A stretch of 64,000 nt of DNA from Octopus sinensis. Lineage: Eukaryota. Both the position numbers and the translations under genes were made by a program. Shown here one piece after another: positions 52,401 to 61,800 of this stretch (the first letter of the stretch is position 1; every line of letters starts with the position of its first letter). The DNA is taken from the NCBI RefSeq assembly GCF_006345805.1, contig NC_042999.1:148862001-148926000 (forward strand). The letters run 5' to 3'. The notes under the pieces are model-generated. The model saw only the letters and a program-made list of their open reading frames with translations. It was not told where the DNA came from and ran no database searches.

Positions 52401-53268
52401 TCCTTCATTGTGTTACCACTCTGCTGCAAGGAAAAGGCCACTGCTTTTAAGGCCAAAACAACATGACACCAGTGTTATTGCCAGCATTGTTGTTTGAGCC
52501 CAAAGGGTGTGAGAGGCTGGATCTGGTCAGTTTAAATGCTAAAGGGTTAATGGTTTATTGATATCATCATTTAACATCTGTTTTCCATGCTGGCATGTGT
52601 TGGATGGCTTAACCGGCACTGGTGTAGCCAGGTTCTGCACCAGGCTCCATTGTCTGTTTTGCCATGGTTTCTACAGCTCGATGCTTTACCTAATGCCAAC
52701 CACTTTCCAGAGTGTACTGGCTGCTTTTTACATGGCACAAGCACTGACAGAGTAATTTTGTTTTAGTTCTATGATGGTAATCCAAATAAACAAGAGCAAC
52801 TTTCTCATCAGATACTGCAAGGCATCTTCATCCAATGTTCCAGTGGTTCCATCAATCCTATGCAAATTGATAGTAATTAGAGTTGGATAGAATGGCATGT
52901 AGTGTTCCAACCTTGTGCTCTAAGTTCAAATCATACCAAGGCCAACTTTGCATTGTTCTGGGGTTATTTAACGAAGGAGTTTAGGCATGCAATTAACTTT
53001 GAATAACTTTAGAAAAGTTTGCCTGAAAGATATTTTAATATGCTAAAGTCTTTTTTTTTTGTATTAATTACTTGTAGGGACACTATTTTGTTATGAAATT
53101 ATAATACACTACAAGGTATATTTTTCTTTTGTTTTTTTATCCTTCCAGAGTTTAAATCAGTTGAGAAGTAAAGCAAAAGCTCTGATTATGTTTGTTGGAA
53201 TGTTACCATATCGACTGCCGGGAGATACAAATGCTCGCTTGGTTCAGTTAGAAGTGCAGATGAACTAA
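18190..53268 (+). CDS. NUP93: Nuclear pore complex protein Nup93 (whole gene, 23 coding exons, 821 aa)
   Basis: join(18190-18371,20133-20250,21138-21200,22698-22826,25434-25511,26321-26413,27769-27908,28034-28163,28988-29085,29995-30051,31239-31316,32110-32285,34049-34240,36635-36761,38187-38259,39842-39886,40728-40844,42548-42666,46427-46544,48201-48284,48428-48498,50951-51008,53149-53268) = 2466 nt, open. Colinear with recalled human NUP93 from [10 protein letters not shown] to [15 protein letters not shown]. Confidence 0.97.
18795..19513 (-). mobile_element. Penelope-like / retrozyme-like element with partial tandem terminal repeat
   Basis: Direct repeats 18795-18947 and 19349-19513 (period ~554 bp) enclose a hammerhead motif. 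Confidence 0.6.
19054..19136 (-). ncRNA. Type I hammerhead ribozyme, catalytic core intact
   Basis: Minus: stem I ACTGTA/TACAGT; CTGAAGA; stem II GGAG/CTCT; GAAA; palindromic stem III ACGCGT; GUA cleavage triplet (predicted cut 19060/19059). Confidence 0.8.
20133..20250 (+). CDS. NUP93: Nup93 coding exon 2
   Basis: [39 protein letters not shown]. Confidence 0.95.
20350..20790 (+). mobile_element. RTE-tail repeat with internal minisatellite and (GAT)n end
   Basis: TGGCACGTAAAAGCACC units, TTAGGAAGGGCATCCAGCTGTAGAAAC, ...GACGTTAAATGATGATGATG. Confidence 0.7.
21138..21200 (+). CDS. NUP93: Nup93 coding exon 3
   Basis: [21 protein letters not shown]. Confidence 0.95.
21243..21570. mobile_element. 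piggyBac-type MITE
   Basis: TTAA at 21239-42 and 21571-74; TIR CCCATTC(C/A)TGCCAA. Confidence 0.7.
22698..22826 (+). CDS. NUP93: Nup93 coding exon 4
   Basis: [43 protein letters not shown]. Confidence 0.93.
22980..23538 (-). mobile_element. Internally deleted mariner (DD34D-type)
   Basis: TA TSDs; TIR TTGGGTTGTCCGGAAAGTT; residual frame [30 protein letters not shown]. Confidence 0.9.
25434..25511 (+). CDS. NUP93: Nup93 coding exon 5
   Basis: [26 protein letters not shown]. Confidence 0.93.
26321..26413 (+). CDS. NUP93: Nup93 coding exon 6
   Basis: [31 protein letters not shown]. Confidence 0.92.
27769..27908 (+). CDS. NUP93: Nup93 coding exon 7
   Basis: [17 protein letters not shown]...[12 protein letters not shown]. 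Confidence 0.92.
28034..28163 (+). CDS. NUP93: Nup93 coding exon 8
   Basis: [43 protein letters not shown]. Confidence 0.93.
28219..28376. mobile_element. hAT-type MITE (158 bp)
   Basis: Perfect 16-bp TIR CAGCGCTTCTTAAACT; 8-bp TSD AGTTAGAA/AGTTAGAG. Confidence 0.85.
28988..29085 (+). CDS. NUP93: Nup93 coding exon 9
   Basis: [32 protein letters not shown]. Confidence 0.95.
29995..30051 (+). CDS. NUP93: Nup93 coding exon 10
   Basis: [18 protein letters not shown]; phases 2/2. Confidence 0.9.
30490..30820 (+). mobile_element. tRNA-derived SINE
   Basis: A/B-box-like head (TAGTGGTTAGAG..GAGTTCGATTTC) then TGTGTCCTTGAGCAAGAC domain. Confidence 0.6.
31239..31316 (+). CDS. NUP93: Nup93 coding exon 11
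   Basis: [25 protein letters not shown]. Confidence 0.93.
32110..32285 (+). CDS. NUP93: Nup93 coding exon 12
   Basis: [35 protein letters not shown]. Confidence 0.95.
32336..32830 (+). mobile_element. tRNA-head SINE interrupted by a nested second SINE (32488-32718)
   Basis: Inner SINE flanked by TSD AGAAACTGAAA (32477-87, 32719-29), derived from the outer SINE. Confidence 0.8.
33646..34026 (+). mobile_element. Full-length tRNA-head SINE
   Basis: GGTTGTGTGGTAA..TTCAGTCCCACTGCGTG head; ...GGCCGCAGTCAAATGACTGAAACAAATAAAAGA tail. Many copies in the window, e.g. 39300-39722, 50150-50500, 54325-54712. Confidence 0.8.
34049..34240 (+). CDS. NUP93: Nup93 coding exon 13
   Basis: [47 protein letters not shown]. 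Confidence 0.96.
35307..36273. repeat. Tandem array of ~2.5 near-identical ~390-bp units, each with a hammerhead-like motif on -
   Basis: Units start at 35307, 35699 and 36088 (392, 389 bp, partial third); only a few substitutions and one 3-bp indel. Confidence 0.95.
36290..36580. mobile_element. Head-to-head inverted tRNA-like SINE heads followed by a hammerhead remnant
   Basis: Inverted repeat centred on 36381-84; B box GTTCGATTCC at 36436-45; CTAATGAAGGCTG..CAGACAAAAC at 36528-36560. Confidence 0.65.
36635..36761 (+). CDS. NUP93: Nup93 coding exon 14
   Basis: [41 protein letters not shown]. Confidence 0.96.
37571..38003 (+). mobile_element. RTE-tail repeat with minisatellite
   Basis: Repeated GGTGGCACGTAAAAAGCACCATCC units; (GAT)n end. 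Confidence 0.7.
38187..38259 (+). CDS. NUP93: Nup93 coding exon 15
   Basis: [24 protein letters not shown]; AAG acceptor. Confidence 0.9.
39300..39722 (+). mobile_element. Full-length tRNA-head SINE with internal (TA)n
   Basis: Same family as 33646-34026. Confidence 0.8.
39842..39886 (+). CDS. NUP93: Nup93 coding exon 16
   Basis: [15 protein letters not shown]. Confidence 0.92.
39953..40173. mobile_element. piggyBac-type MITE (221 bp)
   Basis: TTAA at 39949-52 and 40174-77; TIR CCCTTTAGC(G/A)TT. Confidence 0.85.
40728..40844 (+). CDS. NUP93: Nup93 coding exon 17
   Basis: [39 protein letters not shown]. Confidence 0.95.
41502..42102. mobile_element. ~600-bp fold-back element (~280-bp arms)
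   Basis: TGGATCTTTACC... / ...GGTAAAGATCCA; arms 41502-41780 and 41825-42102; flanked by (TA)n. Confidence 0.85.
42548..42666 (+). CDS. NUP93: Nup93 coding exon 18
   Basis: [39 protein letters not shown]. Confidence 0.95.
43165..43615 (+). repeat. ~26-bp minisatellite (GGTGATGGTGCCACATAAAAAGCACT) inside an RTE-tail repeat
   Basis: About ten units at 43178-43470; similar at 63320-63460. Confidence 0.85.
45592..45925 (+). mobile_element. tRNA-derived SINE (well-preserved head)
   Basis: GGCGCATGGCTCGGTGGTTAGAGCG..GAGTTTGAATCCCGG head + TGTGTTCTTGAGCAAGACAC domain; anticodon stem mismatched. Confidence 0.7.
46427..46544 (+). CDS. NUP93: Nup93 coding exon 19
   Basis: [39 protein letters not shown]. 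Confidence 0.95.
47345..47828 (+). mobile_element. RTE 3' end with ~33-bp tandem duplications
   Basis: Repeated TGTTGGGCCTCATGGAGGCGAAGTGGCTGAG; [18 protein letters not shown] remnants. Confidence 0.7.
48201..48284 (+). CDS. NUP93: Nup93 coding exon 20
   Basis: [28 protein letters not shown]. Confidence 0.93.
48428..48498 (+). CDS. NUP93: Nup93 coding exon 21
   Basis: [23 protein letters not shown]. Confidence 0.93.
50951..51008 (+). CDS. NUP93: Nup93 coding exon 22
   Basis: [19 protein letters not shown]; low-conservation loop, but the splice sites and phases fit exactly. Confidence 0.82.
51420..51643. mobile_element. Small fold-back element (Penelope-derived family shared with 2275-2400)
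   Basis: GTTTATTACTGTTCTTATT..TGTCCATTGTCTGGAAATCTTTCATCAC vs GTGATGAAAGATTTCCGGACGATGGACAC..AATAAGAACAGTAATAAAC. Confidence 0.65.
53149..53268 (+). CDS. NUP93: Nup93 terminal coding exon
   Basis: [39 protein letters not shown]. Confidence 0.96.
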   Translation, partial: SLNQLRSKAKALIMFVGMLPYRLPGDTNARLVQLEVQMN

Positions 53269-53408
53269 AGTGAAACGCCCAGATTTGTTGATCTTGGAGG
53301 AATGTAATCTGGAAAGACTTCTAAATTCTTTCCACACATTTGTATTTGTAAAGAGGAGGGAAACTGTATGAAAAAATTTTTTACGTATTAAAACAACCAA
53401 TTAAAAGT

Positions 53409-53414
53409 AATAAA
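53409..53414 (+). terminator. Nup93 polyadenylation signal
   Basis: AATAAA 140 nt after the stop, followed by a GT/T-rich element at 53439-53466. Confidence 0.6.
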
Positions 53415-54774
53415 TCATATATAATACAATATATATATGTCTTTGTAAGTTGGAATTTTTTTTTTTATATAAATCCTTTAGCATTAAGATTATTCTGTCA
53501 AATGTCATGAACCTCTCATAATTCTCTGTCTCCTCATAGCTGTTAACCTGTACCTTTTTGAACTTGCATATGACGAAAGTTCTCTTTCATATGTTCCTTT
53601 ACCAGTCTTAAACTGGTAGTCAATGACCTGAGAATAAATTCTTCAACAGAAGAAAATTTAGTTTTCACAATCATTTGTCTCATTTCCTGGTGAGTATTAA
53701 GTAGACCTGGCTTGCAGGGTGGATCACTGGACAACATGATAGATTCAACGTTTGTCTTCCATGCCTGCATGGGTTGGACAGTTCGACCGGAGCTGGTCAG
53801 CTGAAGAGCTGCACTGAGCTCCACTGTTTGTTTTGGCATGATTTTTATAGCTGGGTGCCCTTCCTAATGCCAACCACATCAGAGTGGACTGAATGCTTTT
53901 CACATGGCACAAGTACTGACGAGGTCTCCAAGTAACTTGCAAGATTCTTTGAGAAGGAGTGGTTACTGGAAGAAATGAGTCTTGCTGTAGAGAGAATACA
54001 TGGCTACTCCAGTTAGAGGGGAAGGGAGAATGATTAAGAATGTGAGAGAGAGATGGTAGCAATGTGCCAGGGCATACTCTCAAGGTACAGTGATGAGAAT
54101 GTAAATGGGATGGCACAGCAATGCCAAGAGTAGGGAGTTCACATGAATGCAGGGCTGTGGGGTGTAGTGATTGGTAAAAATGGTATATGATGGGAAGACA
54201 ATAGGATAGCAATGACACAGTGGGAAGGATTGGGCTACAGTAGTGGGGAGAGAGAGATGAGCATAGTGCATGAAGAAGACTTGTAGTTTGGTTTATTGAG
54301 GTAGGGTGAGCGAAAAATTTTATGTAGGCATAGGAGTGTCTGTGTGGTAAGTAGCTTGCTTACGAACCACATGGTTCCAGGTTCAGTCACACTGCGTGGC
54401 ACCTTGGGCAAGTGTCTTCTACTATAGCCTCAGGCTGACCAAAGCCTTGAGTAGATTTGGTAGATGGAAGCTGAAAGAAGTCCATCGTATATATGTGTAT
54501 GTGTATATGTTTGTGTGTCTGTGTCCCCCCAACATCGCTTGACAAACGATGCTGGTGTGTTTAGTCCCCGTAACTTAGCGGTTCGGCAAAATAGAGCGAT
54601 AGAATAAGTACTGGGCTTACAAAGAATAAGTCCTGGGGTTGATTTGCTCGAATGAAGGCGGTGATCCATCATGGCCACAGCCAAATGACTGAAAACAAGT
54701 AAAAGAGTAAAGAGTTACATGTAGTTGGAACACAGTGCTTCCAGAACTCAACTAAAAAAAAAAAAATGTAGCTG

Positions 54775-55195
54775 AAGATACCCTCCATCAGACACCTACC
54801 ATATTCTGAGCGCCTTGTTTCCCTGGGCATGGATTCACTGAAGCTCCGGTGTCTGGCGACGGACTTGGTAAACACCCACAAAGCTATCAACCACCTCACC
54901 AACAACACTGAACACCTTTTTGATCTCCATGTGTCTAACACACGTGGACATGCCTACAAAGTCAGAAAACAACACAGCTCCCATGACTTTCGGAAACATT
55001 TTTTCATGCTCAGAGTTGCTGAAGCATGGAATAAACTGCCTGCGTCAGTTGTTGACTGCCATGACACTGCATCCTTTAAAGCCCTCATGCTTTCCGAAAT
55101 CCGCTGAAACTACACCTGATTATATATACACTTTAGATGAGTTGTAGTGCACCTGAGCACTGTACACAATTATTATTATTATTATTATTATATTA
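54775..55195 (+). mobile_element. CR1-clade LINE 3' end
   Basis: MDSLKLRCLATDL..TRGHAYKVRKQHSSHDFRKHFFMLRVAEAWNKLP; (ATT)n tail. Confidence 0.85.
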
Positions 55196-55494
55196 AGTCT
55201 GAAAAATAAAAAAAGGGTGTCTGCTGGAACATTTTTCATTGCTCTAGTTGCTCAAAACACCAACATTCATATTGGTATAAATCTTCCTATTTAAACTAGC
55301 ACATATTTAAAAGAAAGCGAGAGGGAAATTTATTTGAAAGTTACACAGATATATCAAATTGAATCTTCATGCAGCCATTAATTCAATGATTTCTATTATA
55401 TTTCATTCATGGCTTGAACATTATGAAGTTAAACCCCCCACTCAGTCCTTTTTTGAAAATTTAAAATTGGGAAGGTAAAATATTTTTGTAAATA

Positions 55495-55500
55495 TTTATT
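55495..55500 (-). terminator. Candidate ARL2BP polyadenylation signal
   Basis: AATAAA on - about 290 nt after the stop; alternative at 55329-55334. Confidence 0.4.
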
Positions 55501-55788
55501 AGGCACTTTTTTTCCATATAATTGACTTCCATGCAATAAATGTAGGATATCGTATCGTTGTGTATGGCCCCCACCCCTTTTTTTTAAAAAAATGAATATA
55601 AATGTTAAATCGTTTGGCAGCAATTGTTCTTTCTTGAATCATTCCATCTATATACACTCTCGGCAGCTACAAGTGACTCAACTTTGGGACTGTTTTCTTA
55701 GAAGATTAGTTCCACAAGAAATACTCCAGTACTTGGCACAAGTTTAACCTCACCCTTAAAATGAATGATGGTTTGAAGACAGTTTTAG

Positions 55789-55866
55789 TTAAGAGGTTGG
55801 GCCTTCTGTTGAAAATGATGTAACCATTATACCGCCACTTAAGTCCACAGTTCGTCCCTCTTTTGC
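55789..55866 (-). CDS. ARL2BP: ARL2BP terminal coding exon
   Basis: tttctccag|GCA AAA GAG GGA CGA...ACC TCT TAA. Confidence 0.93.
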   Translation of the reverse strand, partial: AKEGRTVDLSGGIMVTSFSTEGPTS

Positions 55867-58800
55867 CTGGAGAAAAAGATGAGATTAAGACATGGCTTTA
55901 GAAAAACATCATTTCAAAAAAATCCTTTTCATTATGCTAACATAGTTGTGATGGTTTTAACCCTTTAGCATTCAGTTTATTCTATCAAATGTAAAGCTTA
56001 TTAATTCACATTCATCATCATCGTTTAACGTCTGCTTTCCATGCTAGCATGGGTTGGACGGTTCAACGGGGGTCTGGGAAGCCCAAAGGCTGCACCAGGC
56101 CAGTCAGATCTGGCAGTGTTTCTACGGCTGGATGCCCTTCCTAACGCCAACCACTCCGTGAGTGTAGTGGGTGCTTTTTACGTGCCACCGACACAGGTGC
56201 CAGAAGGGGCTGGCGAACAACCACGCTCGGATGGTGCTTTTTACGTGCTACTGGCACAGAGGCCAGGCCAGGCTGGCAACGGCCATGATCGATTGTTTTG
56301 AATTAATCTCATAAGTTCAAGAAACCAGATCTGGTCAGTTTGAACATGAAACAAGTATAATACTGGAGCCGGAGACAAAGAGTTTCAATGTTAAGGTTCA
56401 TAATTTGCGTATTTGTACTTACCTTTTCACACTTAAACTGACCAACACACGTGGGCATGCCTACAAAGTCAGAAAACTGTACAGCTCCCATGACTTTCGG
56501 AAACATATTTTCACACTCAGGCCGTTGCCAGCCTCGCCTGGCCCCCATGCTGGTGGCATGTAAAAAGCACCATCCGTCCGTGGCCGTTTGCCAGCTCCGT
56601 CTGGCACCTGTGCGTGTGGCATGTAAAAAGCACCCACTACACTCACGGAGTGGTTAGCGTTAGGAAGGGCATCCAGCCGTAGAAACACTGCCAGATCAGA
56701 TTGGGCCTGATGCAGCCTTCTGGCTTCACAGACCCCAGTTGAACCGTCCAACCCATGCTAGCATGGAAAGCGGATGCTAAATGATGATGATGATGAGAGT
56801 TGCTGAAGCATGGAACAAACTACCTACATAAGTTGTTAGTTGCCGAGACATTACATCCTTTAAAACCTCCATGGTTCCTGAAATTTGCCAACACTACACT
56901 TGATACACCCTCCCTCCATATGCATGCATACATGTATATCATGACTCTTACATTGTTCACTTTCCTGACTTTTGTACATAATTCTGTGTACTGTAAGTCT
57001 ACCTTTGATGAGTTTTAGTGCACCTGAGCACTATATGCAATAATTTCATTATTATTATTTTTAACCCATGTGTTTTTTAAAACCAAACTTTCACACTTAC
57101 CCTACAGTCTCATTTGAAAAGTAAACAATCACATCATCAAAATCAAAAGGCTATGTGGTCATGCATGATTAATTCAAAACAATGTGAATAAAAAAAAAAA
57201 AGCATTACGTTTGAGACAGTAATCTGAATGCTAAAGAGTTAACAGACATAGTACTGCCAGCTCATAGCTCAGTCCAACAGTAAATAAGCACTATACTTAG
57301 ACAAGTGAGAGCACTCTACATCCGGCTTTTATTAGCTTGCAATGCTGAGTCCTAGTACTCTTAAGGGTTCACAATACTTACTTAGGTCTGCCATGAGCCC
57401 TAGAACTCATGAGGACAGAGATCAACCCAGTTTCCAAGACTGGAAAGGGGACTGTTATAAACTCTTCCTTGAAATGAAAGCCAGTCCATCACAGGGTCAA
57501 CTCCCTATCTATCGCAGGAACTCATTTTCAGATGAGTGGACTGGAGCAATAAGAGATGAAGTTTGTTGCTCAGGAATGCAATGCACTGCCCAGTTCAGGA
57601 ATTGAAACTGCTATCTTACAACACTGAGAGCAACATCACTAGACCATGACCCTCCACAGGGTTCACAAAAGATAAGAGAGAATCATTCTTAAAGACAAAG
57701 ATGTCTAGCTAACATGTACCATGCTTTCACTAATTGTATTAGGTACTGAAATCGAAATCAAATTCGATGACTGGCATCTGTGCAAGTGGAGCCAGAGCAG
57801 CAAACTTGCTTCCATGCCGGTGGCACGTAAAAAGCACTATTCGAGCATGATCATTACCAGCATCGCCTTACTGGCACTTGTGCCGGTGGCATGTGAAAAA
57901 CAACATTCAAGTGAGGTTGTTGCCAGTGCTGCTGGACTGGCTCCTGTGCAGGTAGCACGCAAAAAACACCATTTGAGTGTGGCCGCTGCCAGTACCACCT
58001 GACTGGCCCTCGTGCTGGTGGCACGTAAAAGCAACCACTACACTCTCAGAGTGGTTGGCATTAGGAAGGGCATAGAGCTGTAGAAACTCTGCCAGATCAG
58101 ATTGGAGCCTGGTGCAGCCATCTGGTTCGCCAGTCCTCAGTCAAATCGTCCAACCTATGCCAGCATGGAAAGCAGGCGTTAAACGATGATGATGACTGAT
58201 GTAGACACAGAGCCCCTATCGGTACCCCTGCTCTTCACCCAGTGGTACATCCAAGATGTGACAGCCATAGGGAGAGAGAGAGAGAAAGAGTAGCACCAGC
58301 ACGCAGCTGAGTAAACTAGAGCAGCAGCATGAAATAAACAGAATGCACACAGCCTGGTCCAGGAAATGAATTCACAGGATGAGGAATCAAACCACTCAAC
58401 CACACACTTTCACTGTCTTAAAATATTTAAGAAAATAACAGACTGACACTCACAGCTTTATAATCCAAAATCATTTCTTTGAAAGTGAGAAAATCGCTGA
58501 ACGTAAGTAAGAGTTCAAATATTTCTCCTTCTAATTCATTCTTCCGAGCACTGAAAGAAGAGTAAAACCAATTCAGATGAAATGCTCCTAGAAATAATAG
58601 ATAGGCTTAACGATTAGCTAAAATAATAATAGATTTTGTTGTATCTTGGGAGGGTCATTATACCAATAAACACAAGTACTGTTTCTGTTTCACTTCTTTG
58701 TTATTATTAGTCAATTGGTTAAACATTTAAGTAATTAATCAATTGTTTGATGAATCATTTAGTCAATCAACCAGCTAGGTTTGTCAAAGTCCCTTCATTA

Positions 58801-61800
58801 CCATTCTTCACAACTGGAGTAAAGGCATGTTGTTGATGAAGTTGCAAATAGCAACAAAAGGCCTTTGATAAACTTAGCTGACTGATTGATGACCAAATAA
58901 TTAATCAAACAATTGATTATTAGTCAAATTGGTTAACCGATTGGCTAATAATAACGATTTCCAATTTCAACAGAGGACCAACAATTTTTTAGGATGAAAA
59001 GCAAAGTCAGCTTTGGCAGCATTTGAACCCAGTGTGTGCGTGGGCATAATGACCCCCCCAAGATACAAAAAAAAAACAAAAAAATGTTTCAATACAGAAG
59101 TTCACATCAAGAATCTTGCAAACCAAATACAAAAATGAAATAAATAACATTTAAAAACCAAAAGGATTCACTAAATACTGATTACTCAGCAACTATCCTT
59201 TCTTTTTTGTGCTTACATGTTGAAGCATCTGAGAGACTGGTATATCAGACATAGTTGAATGCTTTACAGATGATAACAAGCACAAAACACTGTTTTTACC
59301 CAATTTCTCAAGAGAGAACAAGCTGGTGAGTGACATAGGGGAATGTATCCCTTGTAGTTCTGGGTTTATTAATGGCTGTGTGGTAAGAAGTTTTTGTACT
59401 GAACCTGGAATCATGTGGTTGGTAGACAGATACAGAAGAAAGCCTGTCATATATATATATATATATATCTTTCAGTTATTTCTTCTTCCTACTTGTGGAG
59501 AGTCACTCAAACTTTCTTAAAAAGCAGCAGGTTACACCAGAGTAAGCAGATGAATGTGAAACAAGGTGGGGGAAAATAGTACTCAAATACCAGAGGTAGA
59601 GTAATATGCTTTATTAATAAAGCTCTAAAGACATCACCAAAACTGTTACTCAGAGTTTCACACTCCTATTCATCGGACAAAACTATCCAACGAACAGGTA
59701 TGTCATTATCCGACAAACGGGAATGTGAAACTCTGAGTAACAGTTTTTGTGATGTCTTCACAGCTTTATTAAGAAAGCTGGCAGAAATGTTAGCACGCTG
59801 GGCGAAATTCTGTCTGTTGTTACATTCTGAGTTCAAATTCCGCCGAGGTTGACTTTGCCTTTCATCTTTTTGAGGTCAATAAATTAAGTACCAGTTATGT
59901 ACTAGGGTTGATCTAAGCAACTGGCTCTCTACCCAAAAATTTCTAGCCATGTGCTTAGAATAGAAAAGAATAAAGCATATTACTCTACCTCTGGTATTCA
60001 AGTACTATTTTTTCCATCTTGTTTCACATTTATGTACTTACTCTGGTAATATAAGCATGTACATTCACATATAAATGTGTGTCTTTGTGTTTTTGTCTCC
60101 CACAACCAGTATTGGTGTGTTTACATCCCCATCACTTTGTTGTTCAGCAAAACAGACTGACAGAATAAGTATCACGCCTTAAAAAATAAGTCCTGGAGTC
60201 AATTCATTCAACTAAAAACTCTTGAAGATGGTGCACCAGCATGGTTACAGTCTAAGTCTAATGATTGAAACAAGCTACAGATATTTGAGATCTTGGAAGC
60301 ACTTATTGTTTGACCCAGTTTAGACCTGACCCAGCAAAGTTTTAATTAAAGATACTCCAACAGTGGCTAACTAGTTTCTTCCTTTGAGATACAGTCTTTC
60401 AAAAACTACATTATCCAACATGTCCTGTTAGTATGAAAGTGGGATGTGATCCGAGGAAGATTTGCCTATTATTTTTAGCAGGTTAAGGCTTCCTTTATTT
60501 GGCACAAAGAGTGCTTATTTAAATGGTAACAGAGCTTCATATGATCACAACATTTAGAGTAAACACTTGTATGCTCAAAGTGCTGCTGTACTCTTTTTCT
60601 GAATGAAGTAGTCAATGTCTCATGAATGTAAGTAAGAGTTCAAATATTTCTCCTAATTCATTCTTCCGAGCACTGAAAGAAGAGTAAAACCAATTCAGAT
60701 GAAACGTTCCTAGAAATAATAGACAGGCTTAACGATTAGCTAAGATAATAATAGATTTTGTTGTATCTTGGGAGGGTCATTATACCAATAAACACATGCA
60801 CTGTTTCTGTTTCACTTCTTTGTTATTATTAGTCAAGTGGTTAAACAATTGCTTGATGAATCATTTAGTCAGGCCATCCAACCCATGTCAGCATGGTTTG
60901 TCAAAGTCCCTTCATTACCATTCTTCACAACTGAAGTAAAGGCATGTTGTACTTCACAATTGAAGTAAAGGCAGCAGCAAAGCTACCCAGGGCTACCAAC
61001 TGATGTTAGTGACAAGGATCGCCAGTGTTTATTTTAACAGCTAGGTGGACAGAAAAAGTATAATAGAACCAGGCTACAATGCAACATCAATAGACTGGTG
61101 ACCCTTAATTGTTCAACAATTCAGACATATTCTTGAAAACTGCAACTTACATCATCTGGTGCATGAAGTCAGACATGGAAAACTGTGGCACTTTGCTTAC
61201 AAGGCGCTCATTGAGGTATTTTTCCACAAGGTTTATCTGAAAAGTAATAATATAATTGATTAATTTATGGGTGAATTGGTGTGAATTATAGTACTGGGAT
61301 GAGGAAAAAGTTTGTGCGCCATGAGTCACTATTGAACATGACATGAACTGAATGAACTCACACACTACAAAAATATATTTATTTATATATGCGCCCTTTT
61401 CAAGCCTAGCCAGGCTCATGGGCCTGGTTTCCTGGTTTCTGTGGCGTATGTGCTCCCCCTAGCTGAACGGGATGCCAGTCCATCGCAGTGTTACTCAAGA
61501 AACAGGAAGAAAGAGTGAGAGAAAGTTGGGCGAAAGAGTACAACAGGGGTTGCCACCACCCCCTGCTGGAGCCTCATGAAGCTTTAGGTGTTTTTGCTCA
61601 ATAAACACACGGTCTTGGAATTGAAACCGCGATCCTCCGACTGTGAGCCTGCTGCCCTAACCACTGGGCCATTGCACCTCCACCAAAAATATATAAAAAA
61701 GCATTATTTTAACATGGCACACAAACTTTTTCCTCAACCTAATATATACAAGTTTCAAACATGTATTTCACAGAATCATTTTTGTGAAGAGGGATTTTCC

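Noticed and set aside
18372-53148. Intronic snoRNAs or U12-type introns in Nup93
   Set aside because: All introns read GT-AG without the U12 GTATCCTT donor, and no convincing C/D box pair with a terminal stem was seen by eye (a snoscan/Infernal run would be needed to exclude them)
53543-53686. Phase-0 open frame EMRQMIVKTK...KGTG* as an alternative ARL2BP last exon
   Set aside because: Poor polypyrimidine tract, no homology to BART, and a canonical conserved last exon already exists at 55789-55866
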